Below, in pieces: positions 17,801 to 28,503 of a DNA stretch of 64,000 bases (its first letter is position 1; each line of letters opens with the position of its first letter). The stretch is from Nitrosopumilus sp. (GTDB taxonomy: Archaea > Thermoproteota > Nitrososphaeria > Nitrososphaerales > Nitrosopumilaceae): positions 736,001-800,000 of the forward strand of contig OZ240211.1 of assembly GCA_965197525.1 (NCBI GenBank), written 5' to 3'. The notes under the pieces are model-generated. The model saw nothing but the letters and a program-made list of their open reading frames with translations, did no database searches and was not told the origin of the DNA. The position numbers and the translations under genes are program-made.

Positions 17801-20800
17801 GGTGCTGAAACGGTAACTAGGTATTGGCTGCCAGACCCGGTTACGGATGTGATGGGGCCAGAGCTAGCACCGTCACCGAGTGTAAGAGTCCAAGAGTTGA
17901 GGATGCCAGAGTCTAGATAATAGTTGTCATTCATGCGTAGTTGCCAGTCGCCGTTAATTGAGACGTCATCACCGTATTCAAGCGTGTATGTTTCTGTGAT
18001 GTCGTCTGCAGAGCCACCGACACGGTTGTGCAGTGTTACTATCTGGTTGTCAGGCGAGACGAGTTGTACCAAGAGATCGCCCCTCCATGTATGGGTGATG
18101 TCTACTGTAACTGATACATCAGAGACTGTGCCTGATTCAGAGACTGTGATGGTATCTGTCTTGTCTGTGTCGTGGGGTACGATATCAAGGGATGGCGTAC
18201 TGGTGTACACAAATGCTTGAGTGGTATTATACACAGGACTGTCAGGGGATAACTCAAAGTCATCTGTACTGACGCCTGTTACTGCCTCATTGAATAGTAC
18301 TGCAAATTCAAGGGTGTTGCTATTGGTAGAGGGGGTTGCAGGGCTGGATCTAGTAATAGAGGTAACAGTTGGTGGCGTGTCTATGACGTTGACTGTTCTA
18401 GTTACCGGTACGGCGGGGTTTCCGGCACTGTCGTCACATGTAAAGGTTACAGTATATGTTCCAGCTATGTCGGTGTTGACAGGATTATCAACTTGAATGT
18501 GAGATTGAGAGATATCGCCATCGGTGTCGTCAATACATGTTGCGCCTGCATCAACGTATGGAGTGCCAAGAGTCGTATCCACAGTAGAATCTGTTAATGT
18601 GATTACTGGTTTAACATTATCAACTGTGATGGTGACATTATAGGAATGATCCTGATTAGCAGGAACAAGACTAGTCAAAGGAATGTTTGCAGAATTGACA
18701 ATGTCGGTATCTTGTGCTATGTCCAAATTGTATATTCCCGATGTAATTGCCATGATTGTTACATAGTATTGGCTGCCAGACCCAGTTACTGATGAAATAG
18801 GATTGATGGCAGTAGTGCCGTCACCGAGTGTAAGAGTCCAAGAGTTGAGGATGCCAGAGTCCAGAGGATAGTTGTCATTCATGCGCAACTGCCAGTCGCC
18901 GTTAATTGAGACGTCATCACCGTATTCAAGCGTGTATGTTTCTGTGATGTCGTCTGCAGAGCCACCGACACGGTTGTGCAGTGTTACTATCTGGTTGTCA
19001 GGCGAGACGAGTTGTACCAAGAGATCGCCCCTCCATGTATGGGTGATGTCTACTGTAACTGATACATCAGATACTGTGCCTGATGCAGTAACGGTAATGG
19101 TGTCTGTCTTGTCTGTGTTGTGGGGTACGATATCAAGGGATGGCGTACTGGTATACTTAAATGTCTGTGAATAACCATCAGTTGGACTATCCGGTGACAA
19201 TTCAAAGTCGTTTTGATCAACATTTTGCACATCAGTGTTGAATTCGACTAAGAATACAGGAGTAGCATCAGATGTAGTCTCTATAGCTGGTGAACTTCTA
19301 GTTATGGACGTTACGTAAAGTGATGTACTGCCAACCTCGATTGTAACGGTGTTTGAGATTAGATTATTGTTTTCGGCGAGATCGTGTACAGAATCTGCGG
19401 GAATGAAGACAGTAAGGGTGCCTGCACCCAGTCCTGTTATTGTGAATTCAAATGTTTGGTTGTCATCTGTGGTTGGTTCAGAGACAGTACCGCTTGATGC
19501 AGATATGTCAGATGTAGTAAATGTGTCAGGATCAATTGGTTCGCCAAAGTCAACTGTAAATGTTATTGACTGTTGGTTTGTAGGTGATGTGACGTTAGCG
19601 TTGATTGATGGTGTAAACTGGGTAGTGTCAACTGTAAATGATTCATCTGGGTTAGGTGCAGTAGCAGTTGTCAGGGGATTGCCTGCAGTATCGGTTATAT
19701 CGTGATTTGACGCAACATCCAAGTTGATGGTGCCTGCAGTGGCATCTGCAACTGTGACCACATAAGATGATGCATTGATAGTAGAGACGGTTATGGTGCC
19801 TGTACCTGCGCCTGCGTCAGTGGATAATACAAAGTCAGCTGAACCAACATTGGTTACTGATTCGCTGAAAGTAACTGCAAAGTCAAGTGATGTGAGGGAG
19901 GTTAGTTCTGATGCAGGCGAGCTTCTGGTTATCGATGAGAGTGATGGAGGTGTGGTATCAATGGTGATGGTAACTGTGTTTGAGACCAAGTTCTTGTTTT
20001 GCGCAAGATCGTCTACAGAGTCGGCAGGAATGAAGACGGTAAGGGTACCTGTAGTCAGTCCTGTTATTGTGAATTCAAATGTTTGGTTGTTATCTGTGGT
20101 TGGTTCAGAGACGGTGCCTTTAGATGCAGATACATCAGATGCAGTAAATGTGGCAGGATCAATTGGTTCATCAAAGTCAACTTTGAATGTTATTGATTGT
20201 TGGTTTGTAGGTGATGGGGTGTTAGTATTAACTGATAGTGTAAACTGTGCAGTATCAACTGTGAATGATTCATCTGGATTGGGTGCAGTATCTGTCAAGT
20301 CGTTGCCTGCAGTATCGGTTATATCGTGATTTGATGCAACATCCAAGTTGATGATACCTGTAGTAGTAACTGTAACTGAAACTACATAAGATGATGCACT
20401 GACAGGAGAGACGGTTATGGTGCCTGTACCTGCGCCTGCGTCAGTGGATAATACAAAGTCAGTTGGACCAACGTTGGTTACTGGTTCGCTGAATGTTGCT
20501 GTAAAGTTAAGGCTGGTTTCAGACGTGGTTTCAGTTGCAGGTGAGTTTCTAGTTATGGATGTCAATGAGGGAGAGATAGCGTCAATCGTGTAGGTTTCAT
20601 CAGGGTCAGAACTAGTATCAGTTAGCGCAGTACCTGCAGAATCAATGATGTCATGGTTGGTTGCTACAAGATCCAATCCTATTGTACCACTGTTTGATGT
20701 TACATCCACTGTGATGATGTAGATAGAACCAGAGCCTGAGATGTCAGATACAGAACCTGTACCGGTGCCTGATATGGCAAAGTCAGATGTATCAACTCCA

Positions 20801-23800
20801 GTCACTGATTCGCTAAAGGTGATTGCAAAGTCAAGTGATGTGAGGGAGGTTAGTTCTGATGTAGGTGTGCTTCTGGTTATGGATGTCAGCGAGGGGGCAG
20901 TGGTATCAATGGTGATTGTGAGTGTTTCAGATACCAAGTTCTTGTTTTGTGCAAGATCGTCTACAGAGTCAGCAGGAATGGAGACGGTAAGGGTGCCGGC
21001 AGTCAGTCCTGTTATTGTGAATTCAAATGTTTGGTTGTTAACTGTGGTTGGTTCAGAGACGGTGCCGTATGATGCAGATATGTCAGATGCTATGAATGTG
21101 GTAGGATCAATTGGTTCGCCAAAGTCAACTGCAAATGTTATTGACTGTTGGTTTGTAGGTGACGTGGTGTTGAAACTAATTAACGGTGTAAACTGGGTAG
21201 TGTCGACTGTAAAGGATTCATCTGGGTTAGGTGCAGTAGCAGTTGCCAGGGGATTGCCTGCAGTATCGGTTATATCGTGATTTGACGCAACATCCAAGTT
21301 GATGATACCTGCAGTGTCAACTGCAACTGTTACCACGTAAGATGATGCATTGACAGTAGAGACGGTTATGGTGCCTGCGCCTGCGTCAGTGGATAATACA
21401 AAGTCAGCTGAACCAACATTGGTTACTGATTCGCTGAAAGTAACTGCAAAGTCAAGTGATGTAAGGGAGGTTAGTTCTGATGTAGGTGAGCTTCTGGTTA
21501 TGGATGTCAGTGAGGGGGCAGTGGTATCAATGATGATTGTGAGTGTTTCAGATACCAAGTTCTTGTTTTGTGCAAGATCGTCTACAGAGTCAGCAGGAAT
21601 GGAGACAGTAAGGGTACCTGCAGTCAGTCCTGTTATTGTGAATTCAAATGTTTGGTTGTTATCTGTGGTTGGTTCAGAGACGGTGCCGTCTGATGCAGAT
21701 ATGTCAGATTCTATGAATGTGGTAGGATCAATTGGTTCGCCAAAGTCAACTGTAAATGTTATTGACTGTTGGTTTGTAGGTGACGTGGTGTTGAAACTAA
21801 TTAACGGTGTAAACTGGGTAGTGTCAACTGTAAATGATTCATCTGGGTCAGGTGCAGTAGCAGTTGCCAGGGGATTGCCTGCAGTATCGGTTATATCGTG
21901 ATTTGATGCAACATCCAAGTTGATGATACCTGCAGTGTCAACTGCAACTGTTACCACGTAAGATGATGCATTGACAGTAGAGACGGTTATGTCGCCTGTA
22001 CCTGCGCCTGCGTCAGTGGATAATACAAAGTCAGCTGAACCAACATTGGTTACTGATTCGCTGAATATGACTGCAAATTCAAGTGATGTAAGGGAGGTTA
22101 GTTCTGATGTAGGTGAGCTTCGGGTTATGGATGAGAGTGATGGGGCAGTGGTATCAATGGTGATTGTGAGTGTGTCAGATACCAAGTTCTTGTTTTGTGC
22201 AAGATCGTCTACAGAGTCAGCAGGAATGGAGACAGTAAGGGTACCTGCAGTCAGTCCTGTTATTGTGAATTCAAACGTTTGGTTGTCATTTGTAGTAGGT
22301 GTAGAGACGGTGCCGTCTGATGCAGATATGTCAGATTCTATGAATGTGTCAGGATCAATTTCCTCAGTAAAGTCAACTGTGAACGTTATTGACTGTTGGT
22401 TTGTAGGTGATGTGACGTTAGCACTGATTAACGGTGTAAACTGGGTAGTGTCGACTGTAAAGGATTCATCTGGGTTAGGTGCAGTAGCAGTTGTCAAGGG
22501 ATTGCCTGCAGTATCGGTTATGCCATGGCCTGATGCAACATCCAAGTTGATGATACCATCAGTGGTAACTTCAACTGAAACTACATATGATGATGTATCG
22601 ACAGGAGAGACGGTTATGGTGCCTGCACCTGCGCCTGCGTCAGTGGATAATACAAAGTCAGTTGGACCAACGTTGGTTACTGGTTCGCTGAATGTTGCTG
22701 TAAAGTTAAGGCTGGTTTCAGACGTGGTTTCAGTTGCAGGTGAGTTTCTAGTTATGGATGTCAATGAGGGAGAGATAGCGTCAATCGTGTAGGTTTCATC
22801 AGGGTCAGAACTAGTATCAGTTAGCGCAGTACCTGCAGAATCAATGATGTCATGGTTGGTTGCTACAAGATCCAATCCTATTGTACCACTGTTTGATGTT
22901 ACATCCACTGTGATGATGTAGATAGAACCAGAGCCTGAGATGTCAGATACAGAACCTGTACCGGTGCCTGATATGGCAAAGTCAGATGTATCAACTCCAG
23001 TCACTGATTCGCTAAAGGTGATTGCAAAGTCAAGTGATGTGAGGGAGGTTAGTTCTGATGTAGGTGTGCTTCTGGTTATCGATGAGAGTGATGGAGGTGT
23101 GGTATCAATGATGATTGTGAGTGTTTCAGATACCAAGTTCTTGTTTTGTGCAAGATCGTCTACAGAGTCAGCAGGAATGGAGACAGTAAGGGTACCTGCA
23201 GTCAATCCCGTTATTGTGAATTCAAATGTTTGGTTGTCAATTGTAGTAGGTGCAGAGATAGTGCCGTCTGATGCAGATATGTCAGATTCTATGAATGTGG
23301 TAGGATCAATTGGTTCGCCAAAGTCAACTGTGAATGTTATTGACTGTTGGTTTGTAGGTGATGTGACGTTAGCGCTGATTAATGGTGTAAACTGGGTAGT
23401 GTCAACTGTAAATGATTCATCTGGGTCAGGTGCAGTAGCAGTTGCCAGGGGATTGCCTGCAGTATCGGTTATATCGTGATTTGATGCAACATCCAAGTTG
23501 ATGATACCTGCAGTGTCAACTGCAACTGTTACCACGTAAGATGATGCATTGACAGTAGAGACGGTTATGTCGCCTGTACCTGCGCCTGCGTCAGTGGATA
23601 ATACAAAGTCAGCTGAACCAACATTGGTTACTGATTCGCTGAATATGACTGCAAATTCAAGTGATGTAAGGGAGGTTAGTTCTGATGTAGGTGAGCTTCG
23701 GGTTATGGATGTCAGCGAGGGGGCAGTGGTATCAATGGTGATTGTGAGTGTGTCAGATACCAAGTTCTTGTTTTGTGCAAGATCGTCTACAGAGTCAGCA

Positions 23801-26800
23801 GGAATGGAGACAGTCAGGGTGCCGGCAGTCAGTCCCGTTATTGTGAATTCAAACGTTTGGTTGTCATTTGTAGTAGGTGCAGAGGTAGTGCCGTCTGATG
23901 CAGATATGTCAGATGCTATGAATGTGTCAGGATCAATTTCCTCAGTAAAGTCAACTGTGAACGTTATTGACTGTTGGTTTGTAGGTGACGTGGTGTTGGA
24001 ACTAATTAACGGTGTAAACTGGGTAGTGTCGACTGTAAAGGATTCATCTGGGTTAGGTGCAGTAGCAGTTGCCAGGGGATTGCCTGCAGTATCGGTTATG
24101 CCATGGCCTGATGCAACATCCAAGTTGATGATACCATCAGTGGTAACTTCAACTGAAACTACATATGATGATGTATCGACAGGAGAGACGGTTATGGTGC
24201 CTGTACCTGCGCCTGCGTCAGTGGATAATACAAAGTCAGTTGGACCAACGTTGGTTACTGGTTCGCTGAATGTTGCTGTAAAGTTAAGGTTGGTTTCAGA
24301 CGTGGTTTCAGTTGCAGGTGAGTTTCTAGTTATGGATGTCAATGAGGGAGAGATAGCGTCAATCGTGTAGGTTTCATCAGGGTCAGAACTAGTATCAGTT
24401 AGCGCAGTACCAGCAGAATCAATGATGTCGTGGTTGGTTGCTACAAGACTCAATCCTATTGTACCACTGTTTGATGTTACATCCACTGTGACGGTGTAAC
24501 TAGACCCGGAACCTGAGATGTCAGATACAGAACCTGTGCCGGTGCCTGATACGGCAAAGTCAGATGCATCAACTCCAGTCACTGATTCGCTGAATGTGAC
24601 TGCAAAGTCAAGTGATGTAAGGGAGGTTAGTTCTGATGCAGGTGAGCTTCTGGTTACGGATGTCAACGAGGGGGCTGTAGTATCAATGGTGATTGTGAGT
24701 GTTTCAGATACCAAGTTCTTGTTTTGTGCAAGATCGTCTACAGAGTCAGCAGGAATGGAGACGGTAAGGAGACCTGCAGTCAGTCCTGTTATTGTGAATT
24801 CAAATGTTTGGTTGTCATTTGTAGTAGGTGCAGAGACGGTGCCGTATGATGCAGATATGTCAGATATAGTAAATGTGGAAGCGTTAATCTCCTCAGTAAA
24901 GTCAACTGTAAATGTTATTGATTGCTGGTTTGTAGGTGATGTGACGTTAGCGTTGATTGATGGTGTAAACTGGGTAGTGTCAACTGTGAATGATTCATCT
25001 GGGTCAGGTGCAGTAGCAGTTGCCAGGGGATTGCCTGCAGTATCGGTTATATCGTGATTTGATGCAACATCCAAGTTGATGATACCTGCAGTGTCAACTG
25101 CAACTGTTACCACGTAAGATGATGCATTGACAGTAGAGACGGTTATGTCGCCTGTACCTGCGCCTGCGTCAGTGGATAATACAAAGTCAGCTGAACCAAC
25201 ATTGGTTACTGATTCGCTGAATATGACTGCAAATTCAAGTGATGTAAGGGAGGTTAGTTCTGATGTAGGTGAGCTTCGGGTTATGGATGAGAGTGATGGG
25301 GCAGTGGTATCAATGGTGATTGTGAGTGTGTCAGATACCAAGTTCTTGTTTTGTGCAAGATCGTCTACAGAGTCAGCAGGAATGGAGACAGTAAGGGTAC
25401 CTGCAGTCAGTCCTGTTATTGTGAATTCAAACGTTTGGTTGTCATTTGTAGTAGGTGTAGAGACGGTGCCGTCTGATGCAGATATGTCAGATTCTATGAA
25501 TGTGTCAGGATCAATTTCCTCAGTAAAGTCAACTGTGAACGTTATTGACTGTTGGTTTGTAGGTGATGTGACGTTAGCACTGATTAACGGTGTAAACTGG
25601 GTAGTGTCGACTGTAAAGGATTCATCTGGGTTAGGTGCAGTAGCAGTTGTCAAGGGATTGCCTGCAGTATCGGTTATGCCATGGCCTGATGCAACATCCA
25701 AGTTGATGATACCATCAGTGGTAACTTCAACTGAAACTACATATGATGATGTATCGACAGGAGAGACGGTTATGGTGCCTGTACCTGCGCCAGTGGATAA
25801 TACAAAGTCAGTTGGACCAACGTTGGTTACTGGTTCGCTGAATGTTGCTGTAAAGTTAAGGCTGGTTTCAGACGTGGTTTCAGTTGCAGGTGAGTTTCTA
25901 GTTATGGATGTCAATGAGGGAGAGATAGCGTCAATCGTGTAGGTTTCATCAGGGTCAGAACTAGTATCAGTTAGCGCAGTACCTGCAGAATCAATGATGT
26001 CGTGGTTGGTTGCCACAAGACTCAATCCTATTGTACCACTGTTTGATGTTACATCCACTGTGACGGTGTAACTAGACCCGGAACCTGAGATGTCAGATAC
26101 AGAACCTGTGCCGGTGCCTGATACGGCAAAGTCAGATGCATCAACTCCAGTCACTGATTCGCTGAATGTGACTGCAAAGTCAAGTGATGTGTTGGAGGTC
26201 AGCTCTGTTGTGGGTGAGCTTCTGGTTATGGATGTCAGCGAGGGGGCAGTGGTATCAATGATGATTGTGAGTGTTTCAGATACCAAGTTCTTGTTTTGTG
26301 CAAGATCGTCTACAGAGTCAGCAGGAATGGAGACGGTAAGGAGACCTGCAGTCAGTCCCGTTATTGTGAATTCAAATGTTTGGTTGTCAATTGTAGTAGG
26401 TGCAGAGATAGTGCCGTATGATGCAGATATGTCAGATATAGTAAATGTGGAAGCGTTAATCTCCTCAGTAAAGTCAACTGTGAATGTTATTGACTGTTGG
26501 TTTGTAGGTGATGTGACGTTAGCGCTGATTGATGGTGTAAACTGGGTAGTGTCAACTGTAAATGATTCATCTGGGTCAGGTGCAGTAGCAGTTGCCAGGG
26601 GATTGCCTGCAGTATCGGTTATGCCATAGCCTGATGCAACATCCAAGTTTATGATACCAGTAGTAGTAACTGCAACTGTTACCACGTAAGATGATGCATT
26701 GACAGTAGAGACGGTTATGTCGCCGGTACCTGCGCCTGCGTCAGTGGATAATACAAAGTCAGTTGGACCAACATTGGTTACTGATTCGCTGAATATGACT

Positions 26801-28503
26801 GCAAATTCAAGTGATGTAAGGGAGGTTAGTTCTGATGTAGGTGAGCTTCTGGTTATGGATGTCAGCGAGGGGGCAGTGGTATCAATGGTGATTGTGAGTG
26901 TTTCAGATACCAAGTTCTTGTTTTGTGCAAGATCGTCTACAGAGTCAGCAGGAATGGAGACAGTCAGGGTGCCGGCAGTCAGTCCCGTTATTGTGAATTC
27001 AAACGTTTGGTTGTCATTTGTAGTAGGTGCAGAGGTAGTGCCGTCTGATGTAGATATGTCAGATGCTATGAATGTGTCAGGATCAATTTCCTCAGTAAAG
27101 TCAACTGTAAATGTTATTGATTGTTGGTTTGTAGGCGACGTGGTGTTGAAACTAATTAACGGTATAAACTGGGTAGTGTCAACTGTGAAGGATTCGTCTG
27201 GGTCAGGTGCAGTAGCAGTTGCCAGGGGGTTGCCTGCAGTATCGGTTATGCCATGGCCTGATGCAATATCCAAGTTGATGATACCATCAGCGGTAACTTC
27301 AACTGAAACTACATAAGATGATGCACTGACAGGAGAGACGGTTATGGTGCCTGTGCCTGCGTCAGTGGATAATACAAAGTCAGTTGGACCAACGTTGGTT
27401 ACTGGTTCGCTGAATGTTGCTGTAAAGTTAAGGTTGGTTTCAGACGTGGTTTCAGTTGCAGGTGAGTTTCTAGTTATGGATGTCAATGAGGGAGAGATAG
27501 CGTCAATCGTGTAGGTTTCATCAGGGTCAGAACTAGTATCAGTTAGCGCAGTACCTGCAGAATCAATGATGTCATGGTTGGTTGCCACAAGACTCAATCC
27601 TATTGTACCACTGTTTGATGTTACATCCACTGTGACGGTGTAACTAGACCCGGAACCTGAGATGTCAGATACAGAACCTGTGCCGGTGCCTGATACGGCA
27701 AAGTCAGATGCATCAACTCCAGTCACTGATTCGCTGAATGTGACTGCAAAGTCAAGTGATGTAAGGGAGGTTAGTTCTGATGCAGGTGAGCTTCTGGTTA
27801 CGGATGTCAACGAGGGGGCTGTAGTATCAATGGTGATTGTGAGTGTGTCAGATATCAAGTTCTTGTTTTGTGCAAGATCATCTACAGAGTCAGCAGGAAT
27901 GGAGACGGTAAGGGTGCCGGCAGTCAGTCCCGTTATTGTGAATTCAAATGTTTGGTTGTCAATTGTAGTAGGTGCAGAGATAGTGCCGTATGATGCAGAT
28001 ATGTCAGATATAGTAAATGTGGAAGCGTTAATCTCCTCAGTAAAGTCAACTGTGAATGTTATTGACTGTTGGTTTGTAGGTGATGTGACGTTAGCGCTGA
28101 TTAATGGTGTAAACTGGGTAGTGTCAACTGTGAATGATTCATCTGGGTCAGGTGCAGTAGCAGTTGCCAGGGGGTTGCCTGCAGTGTCGGTTATATCGTG
28201 ATTTGATGCAATATCCAAGTTGATGATACCTGCAGTGTCAACTGCAACTGTTACCACGTAAGATGATGCATTGACAGTAGAGACGGTTATGGTGCCTGCG
28301 CCTGCGCCTGCGTCAGTGGATAACACAAAGTCAGCTGAACCAACATTGGTTACTGATTCGCTGAAAATAACTGCAAAGTCAAGTGATGTAAGAGAGGTTA
28401 GTTCTGATGTAGGCAAGCTTCTGGTTATCGATGAGAGTGATGGAGGTGTGGTATCAATGGTGATTGTGAGTGTGTTCAGAGGCCAAGTTCTTGTTTTGTG
28501 CAA
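14824..28503 (-). CDS. Giant repeat surface protein, C-terminal segment (Ig-like repeats, 5 proprotein-convertase P domains, 4 DUF5011/HYR-like domains)
   Basis: 4559-aa Thr/Ser/Asp-rich ORF. P domain DITHTWRGDLLVQLVSP...LNSWTL; DUF5011-like PYVDAGATCTDAVDGD...GTYTVTFTCDDSAGN. Confidence 0.88.
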   Translation of the reverse strand: MHKTRTWPLNTLTITIDTTPPSLSSITRSLPTSELTSLTSLDFAVIFSESVTNVGSADFVLSTDAGAGAGTITVSTVNASSYVVTVAVDTAGIINLDIASNHDITDTAGNPLATATAPDPDESFTVDTTQFTPLISANVTSPTNQQSITFTVDFTEEINASTFTISDISASYGTISAPTTIDNQTFEFTITGLTAGTLTVSIPADSVDDLAQNKNLISDTLTITIDTTAPSLTSVTRSSPASELTSLTSLDFAVTFSESVTGVDASDFAVSGTGTGSVSDISGSGSSYTVTVDVTSNSGTIGLSLVATNHDIIDSAGTALTDTSSDPDETYTIDAISPSLTSITRNSPATETTSETNLNFTATFSEPVTNVGPTDFVLSTDAGTGTITVSPVSASSYVVSVEVTADGIINLDIASGHGITDTAGNPLATATAPDPDESFTVDTTQFIPLISFNTTSPTNQQSITFTVDFTEEIDPDTFIASDISTSDGTTSAPTTNDNQTFEFTITGLTAGTLTVSIPADSVDDLAQNKNLVSETLTITIDTTAPSLTSITRSSPTSELTSLTSLEFAVIFSESVTNVGPTDFVLSTDAGAGTGDITVSTVNASSYVVTVAVTTTGIINLDVASGYGITDTAGNPLATATAPDPDESFTVDTTQFTPSISANVTSPTNQQSITFTVDFTEEINASTFTISDISASYGTISAPTTIDNQTFEFTITGLTAGLLTVSIPADSVDDLAQNKNLVSETLTIIIDTTAPSLTSITRSSPTTELTSNTSLDFAVTFSESVTGVDASDFAVSGTGTGSVSDISGSGSSYTVTVDVTSNSGTIGLSLVATNHDIIDSAGTALTDTSSDPDETYTIDAISPSLTSITRNSPATETTSETSLNFTATFSEPVTNVGPTDFVLSTGAGTGTITVSPVDTSSYVVSVEVTTDGIINLDVASGHGITDTAGNPLTTATAPNPDESFTVDTTQFTPLISANVTSPTNQQSITFTVDFTEEIDPDTFIESDISASDGTVSTPTTNDNQTFEFTITGLTAGTLTVSIPADSVDDLAQNKNLVSDTLTITIDTTAPSLSSITRSSPTSELTSLTSLEFAVIFSESVTNVGSADFVLSTDAGAGTGDITVSTVNASSYVVTVAVDTAGIINLDVASNHDITDTAGNPLATATAPDPDESFTVDTTQFTPSINANVTSPTNQQSITFTVDFTEEINASTFTISDISASYGTVSAPTTNDNQTFEFTITGLTAGLLTVSIPADSVDDLAQNKNLVSETLTITIDTTAPSLTSVTRSSPASELTSLTSLDFAVTFSESVTGVDASDFAVSGTGTGSVSDISGSGSSYTVTVDVTSNSGTIGLSLVATNHDIIDSAGTALTDTSSDPDETYTIDAISPSLTSITRNSPATETTSETNLNFTATFSEPVTNVGPTDFVLSTDAGAGTGTITVSPVDTSSYVVSVEVTTDGIINLDVASGHGITDTAGNPLATATAPNPDESFTVDTTQFTPLISSNTTSPTNQQSITFTVDFTEEIDPDTFIASDISASDGTTSAPTTNDNQTFEFTITGLTAGTLTVSIPADSVDDLAQNKNLVSDTLTITIDTTAPSLTSITRSSPTSELTSLTSLEFAVIFSESVTNVGSADFVLSTDAGAGTGDITVSTVNASSYVVTVAVDTAGIINLDVASNHDITDTAGNPLATATAPDPDESFTVDTTQFTPLISANVTSPTNQQSITFTVDFGEPIDPTTFIESDISASDGTISAPTTIDNQTFEFTITGLTAGTLTVSIPADSVDDLAQNKNLVSETLTIIIDTTPPSLSSITRSTPTSELTSLTSLDFAITFSESVTGVDTSDFAISGTGTGSVSDISGSGSIYIITVDVTSNSGTIGLDLVATNHDIIDSAGTALTDTSSDPDETYTIDAISPSLTSITRNSPATETTSETSLNFTATFSEPVTNVGPTDFVLSTDAGAGAGTITVSPVDTSSYVVSVEVTTDGIINLDVASGHGITDTAGNPLTTATAPNPDESFTVDTTQFTPLISANVTSPTNQQSITFTVDFTEEIDPDTFIESDISASDGTVSTPTTNDNQTFEFTITGLTAGTLTVSIPADSVDDLAQNKNLVSDTLTITIDTTAPSLSSITRSSPTSELTSLTSLEFAVIFSESVTNVGSADFVLSTDAGAGTGDITVSTVNASSYVVTVAVDTAGIINLDVASNHDITDTAGNPLATATAPDPDESFTVDTTQFTPLISFNTTSPTNQQSITFTVDFGEPIDPTTFIESDISASDGTVSEPTTDNNQTFEFTITGLTAGTLTVSIPADSVDDLAQNKNLVSETLTIIIDTTAPSLTSITRSSPTSELTSLTSLDFAVTFSESVTNVGSADFVLSTDAGAGTITVSTVNASSYVVTVAVDTAGIINLDVASNHDITDTAGNPLATATAPNPDESFTVDTTQFTPLISFNTTSPTNQQSITFAVDFGEPIDPTTFIASDISASYGTVSEPTTVNNQTFEFTITGLTAGTLTVSIPADSVDDLAQNKNLVSETLTITIDTTAPSLTSITRSTPTSELTSLTSLDFAITFSESVTGVDTSDFAISGTGTGSVSDISGSGSIYIITVDVTSNSGTIGLDLVATNHDIIDSAGTALTDTSSDPDETYTIDAISPSLTSITRNSPATETTSETSLNFTATFSEPVTNVGPTDFVLSTDAGAGTGTITVSPVSASSYVVSVTVTTTGIINLDVASNHDITDTAGNDLTDTAPNPDESFTVDTAQFTLSVNTNTPSPTNQQSITFKVDFDEPIDPATFTASDVSASKGTVSEPTTDNNQTFEFTITGLTTGTLTVFIPADSVDDLAQNKNLVSNTVTITIDTTPPSLSSITRSSPASELTSLTSLDFAVTFSESVTNVGSADFVLSTDAGAGTGTITVSTINASSYVVTVADATAGTINLDVASNHDITDTAGNPLTTATAPNPDESFTVDTTQFTPSINANVTSPTNQQSITFTVDFGEPIDPDTFTTSDISASSGTVSEPTTDDNQTFEFTITGLGAGTLTVFIPADSVHDLAENNNLISNTVTIEVGSTSLYVTSITRSSPAIETTSDATPVFLVEFNTDVQNVDQNDFELSPDSPTDGYSQTFKYTSTPSLDIVPHNTDKTDTITVTASGTVSDVSVTVDITHTWRGDLLVQLVSPDNQIVTLHNRVGGSADDITETYTLEYGDDVSINGDWQLRMNDNYPLDSGILNSWTLTLGDGTTAINPISSVTGSGSQYYVTIMAITSGIYNLDIAQDTDIVNSANIPLTSLVPANQDHSYNVTITVDNVKPVITLTDSTVDTTLGTPYVDAGATCIDDTDGDISQSHIQVDNPVNTDIAGTYTVTFTCDDSAGNPAVPVTRTVNVIDTPPTVTSITRSSPATPSTNSNTLEFAVLFNEAVTGVSTDDFELSPDSPVYNTTQAFVYTSTPSLDIVPHDTDKTDTITVSESGTVSDVSVTVDITHTWRGDLLVQLVSPDNQIVTLHNRVGGSADDITETYTLEYGDDVSINGDWQLRMNDNYYLDSGILNSWTLTLGDGASSGPITSVTGSGSQYLVTVSAPEAGTYNLDVSSDNNIVDSASNSLSSLTPTTGDDQSYTVTSSIDRTPPTIQLVGQSPADTVLGTPYVDAGATCTDAVDGDITSQIQISNLVNTDIAGTYTVTFTCDDSAGNPAVPVTRTVNVIDTPPTVTSITRSSPATPSTNSNTLEFAVLFNEAVTGVSTDDFELSPDSPVYNTTQAFVYTSTPSLDIVPHDTDKTDTITVSESGTVSDVSVTVDITHTWRGDLLVQLVSPDNQIVTLHNRVGGSADDITETYTLEYGDDVSINGDWQLRMNDNYYLDSGILNSWTLTLGDGASSGPITSVTGSGSQYLVTVSAPEAGTYNLDVSSDNNIVDSASNSLSSLTPTTGDDQSYTVTSSIDRTPPTIQLVGQSPADTVLGTPYVDAGATCTDAVDGDITSQIQISNLVNTDIAGTYTVTFTCDDSAGNPAVPVTRTVNVIDTPPTVTSITRSSPATPSTNSNTLEFAVLFNEAVTGVSTDDFELSPDSPVYNTTQAFVYTSTPSLDIVPHDTDKTDTITVTASGTVSDVSVTVDITHTWRGDLLVQLVSPDNQIVTLHNRVGGSADDITETYTLEYGDDVSINGDWQLRMNDNYYLDSGILNSWTLTLGDGASSGPITSVTGSGSQYLVTVSAPEAGTYNLDVSSDNNIVDSASNSLSSLTPTTGDDQSYTVTSSIDRTPPTIQLVGQSPADTVLGTPYVDAGATCTDAVDGDITSQIQISNLVNTDIAGTYTVTFTCDDSAGNPAVPVTRTVNVIDTPPTVTSITRSSPATPSTNSNTLEFAVLFNEAVTGVSTDDFELSPDSPVYNTTQAFVYTSTPSLDIVPHDTDKTDTITVTASGTVSDVSVTVDITHTWRGDLLVQLVSPDNQIVTLHNRVGGSADDITETYTLEYGDDVSINGDWQLRMNDNYYLDSGILNSWTLTLGDGASSGPITSVTGSGSQYLVTVSAPEAGTYNLDVSSDNNIVDSASNSLSSLTPTTGDDQSYTVTAITP
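14843..18477. repeat. Near-identical 948-bp tandem repeat, ~3.8 copies plus a diverged fifth
   Basis: Same sequence at 14843, 15791, 16739 and 17687; ATCGCCCCT recurs at 15232, 16180, 17128, 18076 and 19024. Confidence 0.95.

Noticed and set aside
15232-19032. Five RGD motifs as integrin ligands
   Set aside because: RGDL is part of the normal P-domain consensus and is not RGDLxxL here; not independent evidence of host binding.
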